From sequence record SRR2962707_3138: a stretch of DNA of 47,960 nucleotides; one strand, written 5' to 3'. Below the pieces are notes generated by a model. It was not told the DNA's origin, ran no database searches, and was given only the letters and a program-made list of their open reading frames with translations. Below, one piece after another: positions 9,237 through 17,935 of this stretch; position 1 is the first letter of the stretch, and every line of letters starts with the position of its first letter. The translations under genes were made by a program, and so were the position numbers.

Positions 9237-9593
9237 ATGAGTTACAACGAAAATCTTGTCAATAGAGTAAGAGAAGCACTTGTAAATGTGACGAAACCTG
9301 TTGAAGAAAAAACCATGTTTCAGGGTTTGACATTTATGGTAGATGGAAAAATATGCATTGGCATTAGGGATAATGAAATAATGTTCAGAACCAATCCACT
9401 GACTCATCAAACTTTGGTAGAAAGAAATGGTTGTCGCCCTATGATTCATGGAAAACGGACCATGAAAGGATACTTTTTTGTGAATGAGGAGGGTTATCGG
9501 AGGCAAGAAGATTTTGATTTTTGGATCAGTCAAGCACTTGAATATAATTCGGAAGCAAAAGCTTCGAAAAAGAAACGGTCTTCTGCCGTTTGA
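9237..9593 (+). CDS. TfoX/Sxy N-terminal domain protein
   Basis: MSYNENLVNRVREAL, EKTMFQGLTFMVDGKICIG, MKGYFFV, WISQALEYN pattern. Confidence 0.85.
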   Translation: MSYNENLVNRVREALVNVTKPVEEKTMFQGLTFMVDGKICIGIRDNEIMFRTNPLTHQTLVERNGCRPMIHGKRTMKGYFFVNEEGYRRQEDFDFWISQALEYNSEAKASKKKRSSAV

Positions 9594-9682
9594 CCTGCTT
9601 AACAGGTCGTTGATCCCATATCCATACCAATTGTCTCCTGTTTTTAGTAATTTGAGAGTACAACAAAAAACTTAAATAAAGC

Positions 9683-10141
9683 ATGGCAGCATTTACCATT
9701 AATGTGAACGGCAAGAAACATCAACTAGATGTAGAGCCAGACACCCCAATTCTCTGGGTATTGAGAGATCATTTGAAACTTGTTGGAACTAAATATGGAT
9801 GTGGAATTGCTATGTGCGGAGCATGTACCATCCATGCGGATGGCAATGCCATTCGATCTTGTTCATTGCCTATCTCAGCTGTGAAAGACATGAAACTTAC
9901 CACCATCGAGGGCCTTTCTGAAAATGGTGATCACCCAGTACAGAAAGCATGGATTGAGCATGATGTACCGCAATGTGGCTACTGTCAGGCAGGACAAATC
10001 ATGAATGCAGCAGCCTTTCTGGATAAAAACCCAAATCCTACGAATGAGGAGATTGCAACCGCCATGAACGGGAATATCTGCCGATGCGGCACGTACACCC
10101 GAATCAACAAAGCCATCCAAACAGCTGCTAAAAACGCTTAA
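9683..10141 (+). CDS. iorA: (2Fe-2S)-binding small subunit of an isoquinoline 1-oxidoreductase / aldehyde oxidoreductase-type enzyme
   Basis: [15 protein letters not shown]...C and QCGYCQAGQ...NICRCGTY. Confidence 0.92.
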   Translation: MAAFTINVNGKKHQLDVEPDTPILWVLRDHLKLVGTKYGCGIAMCGACTIHADGNAIRSCSLPISAVKDMKLTTIEGLSENGDHPVQKAWIEHDVPQCGYCQAGQIMNAAAFLDKNPNPTNEEIATAMNGNICRCGTYTRINKAIQTAAKNA

Positions 10142-10152
10142 ATCCAACAATT

Positions 10153-12357
10153 ATGACACTCATAAAAACACAATACAACCGACGATCCTTTCTAAAGGTA
10201 TCAGCCGCTGCTGGTGGTGGAATGCTCATTGGATTTAACTGGCTTACAAGTTGTACCTCTGCCTCCGCACCGGAAGCTGCCCTCCCTATTCCAAATGAAT
10301 GGTTCAACGTCAATGCATACATCAAAATCGGTGATACCGGACTGGTGACAATCTACTCTCCCAATCCAGAGATTGGGCAGAATGTAAAAACTTCTATGCC
10401 GGCCATTGTCGCAGAAGAGCTTGATGTAGATTGGAAAAATGTGGTAGTGGAGCAAGCTGGTTTGGATACCGAAAAATACTCCCGGCAACTTGCCGGAGGA
10501 AGTCAGTCAATTCGATTTGGTTGGGAAAGCCTTCGCATGGCAGGTGCTGCAGCAAGAAGATTATTATTAGAAACTGCTGCAAAAAAATGGGAAGTTACTC
10601 TTAGCGACCTCTCGGTTGAAAAAGGTGTGATCACCAATAAGAAAACAGGAGACACGATTGGATATGGTGAAATTGTCATGGAGGCAGTTTCTATTCCAGT
10701 TCCTGAGGAAATTGAATTAAAAGATCCGAAAGACTTCAAACTGATCGGAAGCAGCATCAAAAATGTTGATGCTCCAAAAATCGTAAAAGGAGAACCGCTT
10801 TTTGGCTTGGATTATGATCGTGAGGGCACATTGATAGCGATGATTGTGCACCCTCCTGCATTTGGGATGAAGTTGAAATCAGTTGATGGAAGTAATGTGG
10901 AGTCAATGCCGGGTATTCGCAAGGTGATGACCATCAACACCACTCCTGAAGATAGACAATGGTCTGATACCAATGCTTTCCCTGACCTTGTAGCCATAGT
11001 TGGCGAAACAACCTGGCAGGTAATGAAGGCAAAAAAAGCCTTGAAAGTGGAATGGGAGAATGATAGTCAGGTGGAAAATTCCAATGATCATAATGAACGA
11101 ATGATTGCCAGTCTCGCCAAAAGTGGAGTTGAAGCGGACCGGAAAGACGGGAATCCTGAAGAAGCTTTCGCTTCAGCCAAAACTGTTATTGATCGTACCT
11201 TCACGGCTCCTATCATGGCACATAATACCATGGAACCAATGAATTTTTTCGCTCATGTCACAGCTGACAAAGCGGAGTTGGTCGGCCCGATTCAAACACC
11301 TGAATATCTGCAGCTGAGTGCTGCCAGTTTATTAGGAATGCCGAAGGAAAACATCACAATTTCCATGACAAGAATGGGCGGGGGTTTTGGGAGAAGGCTT
11401 TATGGTCACTTCGGGTTGGAAGCAGCGGCAATTTCCAAACAAATGAATGCACCCATCAAGCTTGTCTACTCAAGAGAAGATGACATGACCCAGGGAACGT
11501 ATCGTCCGGGCTACAAAGTTCGATACCGTGCAGCATTGAATGACAAGAATGAGGTCACAGCATTTCATGTTAGAGGAACAGGAACAGAATCCGCTCCGGT
11601 TTTCGCTAATCGCTATCCGGCAGGGACGGTAGATCATTATCTGGCGGAAAATGTAAATACGGAAACAAATATTTCAATGGGGGCCTGGAGGGCACCACGT
11701 TCTCATTTCATGGCTATTGCTGAGCAATCGTTTTTGGATGAGGTTGCGGAAAATGTAGGAAAAGATCCGATCGATTTCAGATTGGGCCTTTTTGACCGTG
11801 CTATCAATAATCCGGTTGGCGAAAACAACGATTATGACCCTGAAAGATACGCAGGAGTTTTAAAGCTCGTTCGGGAGAAATCCGGATGGGACACTAAACA
11901 AAACGGTATATCCAGGGGGGTGTCAGCATACTATTGTCATAATTCCTATGTGGCGCAGGTGGTAGATGTAGTGAATGGCACCAATGGCCCCCAGATCAAA
12001 AAAATCTGGTGTGCGGTAGATTGTGGAATCGTGGTGAATAAGGAAGGTGCTATCAATCAGATTGAGGGCGGTATGATCGACGGAATTGGTCATGCCATGT
12101 ACAGTCAGATGACCTTTGATAAAGGGGTGCCTCAGCAAAGCAATTTTGATAAATACAGGCTCATACGACACGCAGATGCGATGCCTGAAATCGAGGTGTT
12201 CTTTGTTGAGAATGGCATTTCACCAACTGGCTTGGGAGAACCTTCTCTTCCACCAATTGCGGCAGCATTAGCAAATGCCATGTATCAGGCAACAGGAAAG
12301 CGTTTGTACCATCAGCCATATGCTATTGCAAATCAGGAAGAAATTCAAATTGGATAA
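10153..12357 (+). CDS. iorB: Xanthine dehydrogenase-family molybdopterin-binding large subunit (IorB-like), Tat-exported
   Basis: NRRSFLK twin-arginine, EIGQ, GGSQS, MEPMN, MGGGFGRR, WRAP, VDCG, GLGEP. Confidence 0.92.
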   Translation: MTLIKTQYNRRSFLKVSAAAGGGMLIGFNWLTSCTSASAPEAALPIPNEWFNVNAYIKIGDTGLVTIYSPNPEIGQNVKTSMPAIVAEELDVDWKNVVVEQAGLDTEKYSRQLAGGSQSIRFGWESLRMAGAAARRLLLETAAKKWEVTLSDLSVEKGVITNKKTGDTIGYGEIVMEAVSIPVPEEIELKDPKDFKLIGSSIKNVDAPKIVKGEPLFGLDYDREGTLIAMIVHPPAFGMKLKSVDGSNVESMPGIRKVMTINTTPEDRQWSDTNAFPDLVAIVGETTWQVMKAKKALKVEWENDSQVENSNDHNERMIASLAKSGVEADRKDGNPEEAFASAKTVIDRTFTAPIMAHNTMEPMNFFAHVTADKAELVGPIQTPEYLQLSAASLLGMPKENITISMTRMGGGFGRRLYGHFGLEAAAISKQMNAPIKLVYSREDDMTQGTYRPGYKVRYRAALNDKNEVTAFHVRGTGTESAPVFANRYPAGTVDHYLAENVNTETNISMGAWRAPRSHFMAIAEQSFLDEVAENVGKDPIDFRLGLFDRAINNPVGENNDYDPERYAGVLKLVREKSGWDTKQNGISRGVSAYYCHNSYVAQVVDVVNGTNGPQIKKIWCAVDCGIVVNKEGAINQIEGGMIDGIGHAMYSQMTFDKGVPQQSNFDKYRLIRHADAMPEIEVFFVENGISPTGLGEPSLPPIAAALANAMYQATGKRLYHQPYAIANQEEIQIG

Positions 12358-12387
12358 GAAACCTACCATCTAATTAGCAAAACCCAT

Positions 12388-12417
12388 AAAAAGGTCGGCA
12401 ATGCTGGCCTTTTTTTT
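12388..12417 (+). terminator. Rho-independent terminator after iorB
   Basis: AAAAAGGTCGGC-aat-GCTGGCCTTTTTTTT stem with G-U pairs and a U tract. Confidence 0.8.
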
Positions 12418-12530
12418 GCTTGTTTTAATTGGGCCTTTGGTAATATCAGATGTTATGACATTGTGTTTGGACCTTTTTTTACAATTATTATCGTGAATAC
12501 ATGACTAGAATGCCATCTCAATTAACTATT

Positions 12531-13211
12531 ATGATCAGAACAACTCTACTTACCATTTTTATGCTTTCTGCCGGTACACTCTTCAGCCAAACTGAAACTG
12601 CAGTACCACAAAATTTCAATCAACTGACACGTGGGACGACCATAAATAAGTTTCTATATCGTGACCCTAATGTTGATGTTGAAGGCAGTCCATATCTGAG
12701 TGAAGAATTTGATGATGGATGGGTATTATTAAAAAATATACCTGATACCATCGCGAACCTTAATGTCAGATACAATTTGATGGAACAATCACTTGAGCAT
12801 GAAAAGACAGAAACTGAATTTGTAAAGTTTCATATGAACCTGATTCAAACTTTTGGTTTTGATTATGGTGACGATCAAATTGTGTTTACAAATGCAGATG
12901 AGTTGAAAGAAATAAAAGGGTTTGCTGAGGTCGTATACAGCCGTGACAATGTGAGCATCTATTTTGATCACAATATCAATAAAAGTTCTAGAAAACCGGA
13001 GGCTTATGGAGCAAATAAAGAAACGATAAGCTTTAAACATCGAATCAGCTTATACATCTCAATAGATGGGAAGATGACTCCAATCGATAGCAAAAAAGAC
13101 TTAATCAATTTATTGGATCAGCAAAAAGTTAAGATGGACAAATTCAAAACCACTGATCTGGAAAGCAGGTTCTTTCTTGCCCTGGTTGGTGATAAGTTAT
13201 CAGGTAATTGA
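12531..13211 (+). CDS. Hypothetical exported protein
   Basis: Signal peptide MIRTTLLTIFMLSAGTLFS|Q; EGSPYL...RYNL motif seen in Bacteroidota hypotheticals. Alternative start at 12501. Confidence 0.75.
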   Translation: MIRTTLLTIFMLSAGTLFSQTETAVPQNFNQLTRGTTINKFLYRDPNVDVEGSPYLSEEFDDGWVLLKNIPDTIANLNVRYNLMEQSLEHEKTETEFVKFHMNLIQTFGFDYGDDQIVFTNADELKEIKGFAEVVYSRDNVSIYFDHNINKSSRKPEAYGANKETISFKHRISLYISIDGKMTPIDSKKDLINLLDQQKVKMDKFKTTDLESRFFLALVGDKLSGN

Positions 13212-13304
13212 CGGACCATCAGTATTGGATGTTGAACCATCCAAATAATAGGCATTGACTTTCACAGATGGTGTTTATTAATTCTGTTTCAAATGACCCA
13301 ACTC

Positions 13305-14444
13305 ATGAAACAGAACAATAGACGAATCGCCAGTCTTCTAATAATGCTCCTTGGCCATCTTAGTTATGGTCAGCTTGATGTCAGCCTTGCTGCCACGCTA
13401 GACTCTCTGCGATTAGTTTCTGACTACCCGGGAATTACCTATTCGTATGTAACAGCTGAGGGGGAGGTACATCCACTTGCCAGTGGCTGGGCAGACAAAG
13501 AGAACAAGGTGAAAATGACCAAGGATCATTTGCTGCATAGTGGAAGTACAGGTAAAACCATCGTTTCCGCTATTGTCATGAAATTGGTAAGTGATGGTAA
13601 AATCAAACTCGATGAGCCTGTAGCAACATACCTGGGTAATCTTAGTTGGTACGATAAATTACCAAATGCTAATACCATGACTGTGCGCCATTTGATGCAG
13701 CATAGTTCGGGTATACAGCGGTACGAGTTTAAAGATGCGTTTCTCAACGAAGTGAGTACAAACAAGGAGAAGATCTGGAAACCTGAAGATCTCATTGCCT
13801 TTGTGCTTGATGATGAACCACTTTTCGAAGCAGGCAAAGGATTTTCTTATGCAGACACCAACTACATTCTAGTAGGAATGATCATCGAAAAAGTCACCGG
13901 AAAACCATTCTATACACTTGCAAATGATTGGGTTTTGGAACCAAACCAACTCTCAAGTTTTACCCCTACCAACACCCGAGTGATTCCTAATATGGCACAA
14001 GGGTATTATGATGCTGGCTCAGAATATGCGCTCGGTTTTGAAACACCGTTCCTTAAAAACGGAAAAACTCAAAACAACATGCAATGGGAATGGACAGGTG
14101 GTGGATACGCTTATAAAACCCATGAATACGCCCAGTTACTAAAACTCTTATATGAGGGCAAAGTATTCGATCTAGAAGCGGTGAGGGATGACTATTTCGG
14201 ATATATTGATAGTCCTGAAATAGGCGGTCAGTATGGTATGGCGGTTCACAAGCTTACACTTCCAAATATTGGTGAGGTAATTGGACATAGTGGCTTTTTC
14301 CCGGGATATAATACGGTAGGGTTCTATCATCCTGAAACCGGGATGTCATTTGCCATGCAAATCAATGTTACTAACCTGCCGCAGCTAAGAACTTTTTTCA
14401 GAGACTTCATGATTCTTACTCAGAAAGTACTCAAGGCATATTAA
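13305..14444 (+). CDS. Exported serine hydrolase, beta-lactamase / D-Ala-D-Ala peptidase family
   Basis: SxxK (GSTGK), LMQHSSG, FSYADTNY, GHSG; signal peptide. Alternative start at 13293. Confidence 0.9.
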   Translation: MKQNNRRIASLLIMLLGHLSYGQLDVSLAATLDSLRLVSDYPGITYSYVTAEGEVHPLASGWADKENKVKMTKDHLLHSGSTGKTIVSAIVMKLVSDGKIKLDEPVATYLGNLSWYDKLPNANTMTVRHLMQHSSGIQRYEFKDAFLNEVSTNKEKIWKPEDLIAFVLDDEPLFEAGKGFSYADTNYILVGMIIEKVTGKPFYTLANDWVLEPNQLSSFTPTNTRVIPNMAQGYYDAGSEYALGFETPFLKNGKTQNNMQWEWTGGGYAYKTHEYAQLLKLLYEGKVFDLEAVRDDYFGYIDSPEIGGQYGMAVHKLTLPNIGEVIGHSGFFPGYNTVGFYHPETGMSFAMQINVTNLPQLRTFFRDFMILTQKVLKAY

Positions 14445-15602
14445 TCACCTCAACTTCATCAATCGTTCTGCTGCTGCCTTCATAGTTTCTTCCTTTTTTG
14501 CGAAGCAAAGTCTGACGACTTTGTCCCCAGGTGCCTGCGTATAGAAAGGTGATAGAGGGATGGCTGCCACTCCTATTTCCGCAGTAAGATATTTGGCAAA
14601 CTCTGTATCTTTCATATCGCTAACCTCACTGTAATTATATAACTGGAAATAGGTTCCTTTGGCTACAATTGGCTCCAAAGGAACATCACCAAAGAGTTTG
14701 TTCATCTGATCTCTTTTTTCCTGAAAGAATCCCGGGAGATTCTCGTAAGTAGACGGCTCTTTTAGATAGTCTGCCACTGCAAATTGCAAGAAAGAGTTCA
14801 CACAAAATACATTCCATTGGTGCACAGACTTATATTCCTTCATCAAACGGTCTGGACCCACAATGTAGCCAAGCTTCCACCCTGTTGCATGAAGTGTCTT
14901 TCCAAATGAAAAAACAGCCATACTTTGTTCAAACAGATCCGGATACCGCATTACACTTTGATGTTCTTCTCCATCATAGATTAAATGCTCATATACTTCA
15001 TCACTTAGCACCACAATATTCTTTCCCACAACCAACTCCTGAAGCGACTCCATATCATCTTGTCTTAAAATTGAGCCACTTGGATTATGGGGTGTATTGA
15101 TAATGATCATCCTCGTCTTATCACTTATCAAATCGCCGAAATTATTCCAGTCAATTTGATAATCCGGGTAAGTAATTTGATAAGGCACCACGACCCCTCC
15201 TGCCAACTCGATTTGCGACTTATAGCAATCGTATGCAGGTTCTATTATTATAACCTCATCACCCGGATGCACAAATGCCATAATAGCAGTATAAAGCGCC
15301 TGGGTAGCTCCGGCGGTTACACAAAGCTGTGACTCAGGATTAAGTTTCATACCATACATCCGCTCATTCTTGTGGCACAACACTTCCAAGAAAGCTGGCA
15401 ATCCCGCTAATGGACAATATTGATTTTTTCCTTCTTGCAAGTATTTCGAAACTAGATCAATCAACTTCTGATCACAGTCGAAATCAGGGAACCCCTGGCC
15501 AAGATTTATTGCCTGATATTCCTGTGCCAATTTGGACATCACTGTGAAAATCGTGGTACCTGTATCCTGAAGTTTTGGGCTTATTGTAAGTGAATGTTGC
15601 AT
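14445..15602 (-). CDS. PLP-dependent class I aminotransferase (methionine aminotransferase YbdL-like)
   Basis: TTIFTVMS, INLGQGFPDF, NTPHNPSG, SDEVYEH, SFGKTLHATGWKLGY, RLCFAK. Confidence 0.9.
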   Translation of the reverse strand: MQHSLTISPKLQDTGTTIFTVMSKLAQEYQAINLGQGFPDFDCDQKLIDLVSKYLQEGKNQYCPLAGLPAFLEVLCHKNERMYGMKLNPESQLCVTAGATQALYTAIMAFVHPGDEVIIIEPAYDCYKSQIELAGGVVVPYQITYPDYQIDWNNFGDLISDKTRMIIINTPHNPSGSILRQDDMESLQELVVGKNIVVLSDEVYEHLIYDGEEHQSVMRYPDLFEQSMAVFSFGKTLHATGWKLGYIVGPDRLMKEYKSVHQWNVFCVNSFLQFAVADYLKEPSTYENLPGFFQEKRDQMNKLFGDVPLEPIVAKGTYFQLYNYSEVSDMKDTEFAKYLTAEIGVAAIPLSPFYTQAPGDKVVRLCFAKKEETMKAAAERLMKLR

Positions 15603-15606
15603 ATTT

Positions 15607-15614
15607 CAAATCTA
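15607..15614 (-). promoter_or_regulatory. Bacteroidota -7 promoter element
   Basis: TAGATTTG on the minus strand, 4 nt before the ATG at 15602. Confidence 0.6.
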
Positions 15615-15702
15615 CGGGAGAAAAATTAACAAGTACCTTTTCGAAACAATCTCATTTTAAACTAACTTTAGATAAGGTCGTATAAACTGAAAAGCTACTA
15701 TT

Positions 15703-16101
15703 ATGAAATCATTTGGAGTACTTATTCTTGTATTGATCACATTTGGAGCAACCGGTCAGCAGTCGAACAATTTTATTTTGCAAAACTTAAAGTCCAATTA
15801 TCCTATTTCGGATTCTTTTCTGCTTGATAAAACAACTACTAGCCAAACATTTGATGGCAAAGACCTAATTCCAAAATCTGCAATGAAAACTAGCTTTACA
15901 AGCGGTCCCAAAACCTTCTCTAATGATGTTGGTAGCCAGGCAAGAATGGTATCTTCTGATTATTACACCTCATATATGGGGACTTCCACCACCAAGAATA
16001 TGGAATTCTTCAATCAAAAGGCCCGAAGCACTTATATCTTCGACATGAATGGAAACCTCAGAAGCTCACAATTCAGCTTTTCATTCGGAAAGAAAAAGTA
16101 A
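15703..16101 (+). CDS. Hypothetical exported protein
   Basis: Signal peptide ...FGATG|Q; C-terminal alternating beta-strand SSQFSFSFGKKK. Confidence 0.7.
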   Translation: MKSFGVLILVLITFGATGQQSNNFILQNLKSNYPISDSFLLDKTTTSQTFDGKDLIPKSAMKTSFTSGPKTFSNDVGSQARMVSSDYYTSYMGTSTTKNMEFFNQKARSTYIFDMNGNLRSSQFSFSFGKKK

Positions 16102-16971
16102 TTATTCAAGCTCAGGGTCATTAAGTACCCCTCCCAATTTATGCACGATCTGATCCAGACGATTAGCTAACTCATTGAGCTTTTCCATTTCCGGATTTTC
16201 ATTGCGAATGATATCTGTAAATCCGATGATGTTGGTAAGTGGTGCTCTTACCAAATGGGCATTTATGAAAGCATATTCAATGATTCGCTCATTTTCCTTT
16301 TTGAGTGTCTCTGCTTTCTTTTCGGCAAGTTGATAAAGATTGTTTTGTAAGGATTGAATATCTCGGTTGTACAACTCCAATTCTGTTGACTTTATTCTCA
16401 AATCTTTATTTAACCTGTCAATTTTGGCATTTTGATCCTCAAGCTGATAATATTCTTTATCTAGGGCCTTTTTAAAAAACAATAGAAGAAATGCTAGCAT
16501 GACAAGATTCAGAATAAAATCAAAAAGTAAGCCTACATACTCAACCTGTCCGAATGCAGGAATAAGCTCAGAAGGCAAAAGAATTGCTAAAACAGCAAGT
16601 AAAATGGTGTAGAAAATAGAAGCCCATCCACGGGTAATCAGGATGATTAAAACTGAAATAACTGGAAACACATATGCTCCTCCTCCCTGCAACCCTCCGG
16701 ATGACATCCAAAAAAAAGAAACTCCCGATACAACCAACAAACAGAAAAAATTCACCAACCAATTCCTCAAAGTTTCTTTTCGACTCAAAAAAATCATTCC
16801 AATACAAATCAAAAAGAAACTCAGATCTATCCACAGCAGTAAACCACTTCTCTCAGCAAGCAGGTCGAAAGTTATACTTGCAATAAAGTAAGGGACGGCC
16901 ACAAACATGGCTGTTAAAAAAAGCTTGTCTTCAATTTTATCCCTTTGGAATATCGTTTGCCATTTACTCAT
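16102..16971 (-). CDS. Membrane sensor-like protein with coiled coil and HisKA-like H-box, no ATPase domain
   Basis: About 6 TM segments, coiled coil, YAFINAHLVRAPLTNIIG, then a stop about 50 aa later. Confidence 0.8.
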   Translation of the reverse strand: MSKWQTIFQRDKIEDKLFLTAMFVAVPYFIASITFDLLAERSGLLLWIDLSFFLICIGMIFLSRKETLRNWLVNFFCLLVVSGVSFFWMSSGGLQGGGAYVFPVISVLIILITRGWASIFYTILLAVLAILLPSELIPAFGQVEYVGLLFDFILNLVMLAFLLLFFKKALDKEYYQLEDQNAKIDRLNKDLRIKSTELELYNRDIQSLQNNLYQLAEKKAETLKKENERIIEYAFINAHLVRAPLTNIIGFTDIIRNENPEMEKLNELANRLDQIVHKLGGVLNDPELE

Positions 16972-17839
16972 GAATGCCCTCCTCTATTTTCTTTCTTAAT
17001 TCTTCCATTTCATTGCGAAGATTGTCCCCTGAATAAATGATCATGTCATTGATGGAATTTTTTTGCCCATCTTTTTCCATGTCATCGATGATGTGTATGG
17101 TATCTTGATAGGCATCAAATAAATCATTGATGGTAATTGAAAAATATTCGTCCACTCGTCTTTTGGTGTATGCAATTTTTCTCGAACTGTGTTTCAACTG
17201 ATCATTAAGACTATTGGTAAGTTTCTCCAGCTCAGTTCTTTGAGTTAAAAGCTGTTTATTTTGTTCTTTCAACTCTTGATTTTTTCCTGTGAGTGTTGCA
17301 ATAGTCTTGGAAATCTGATCCCTGCGAATATTAAATTCTCTCTTCGCAAAAAATGAGAATGCAATGATCCCCATGGATGCAAAAATGAAATTGAAGGTGC
17401 TATCGCTACCAACTATATAGGTGTCTATGTAATGGTGCTTGAGTTCGATCATGACCAGACCAACCATGACACCAACAATCAACATCATACATAAAACAAA
17501 AGATAGCCTGCTCCTGGACGACAGTGTGATAATTATAATACCTGCGAAAATATTGTTCTCAATTCTACTGGGTATTCCACCTGCCCTTACAAATGCAATA
17601 ATTGAGAGGACAATAAATGGCACACAGAAAATGATCAATAATCTTAGATACGGGACTTTTAGATAAAGTCCAAGAATTGTGTAAGCGAAAACAAACGTGA
17701 ACAGAAGGTCGGTATAAAAATCAGGTTGAAGAGGTTCCGACCACAGATCTGCAATGACTGCAATCATTGATCGTAGTAGTCCAATCAGACAGGCAAATTT
17801 CAGGACATTGTGCTCGAATCTATTACTAAGGTGACGCAA
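16964..17839 (-). CDS. Membrane protein with coiled coil, same layout as the downstream gene
   Basis: About 6 TM segments plus coiled coil; degenerate H-box-like position (YFSITINDL); TTG start; overlaps the next gene by 8 nt. Confidence 0.75.
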   Translation of the reverse strand: MRHLSNRFEHNVLKFACLIGLLRSMIAVIADLWSEPLQPDFYTDLLFTFVFAYTILGLYLKVPYLRLLIIFCVPFIVLSIIAFVRAGGIPSRIENNIFAGIIIITLSSRSRLSFVLCMMLIVGVMVGLVMIELKHHYIDTYIVGSDSTFNFIFASMGIIAFSFFAKREFNIRRDQISKTIATLTGKNQELKEQNKQLLTQRTELEKLTNSLNDQLKHSSRKIAYTKRRVDEYFSITINDLFDAYQDTIHIIDDMEKDGQKNSINDMIIYSGDNLRNEMEELRKKIEEGIHE

Positions 17840-17885
17840 CGTAAGGGTGATTTGTTATCAATTTAGCGAATCTCACCCCAACAAT

Positions 17886-17912
17886 AAAAAACCCAGCCAT
17901 AGCCGGGTTTAT
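17886..17912 (-). terminator. Rho-independent terminator after the ABC permease
   Basis: Minus strand AAACCCGGC-tatg-GCTGGGTTTTTT. Confidence 0.8.
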
Positions 17913-17935
17913 AAATTATCTACATGGTCATTTTC

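Noticed and set aside
9237-9593. TfoX as evidence of a competence regulon
   Set aside because: Standalone TfoX_N proteins are widespread, and no competence genes are present here.
9591-9609. GACCTG-N5-CAGGTC palindrome after the tfoX-like gene
   Set aside because: A short stem without a U tract that cannot be distinguished from chance or assigned a role.
14440-16105. Convergent genes with abutting stop codons (14444/14445 and 16101/16102)
   Set aside because: Common in compact genomes, and there is no further evidence of antisense regulation.
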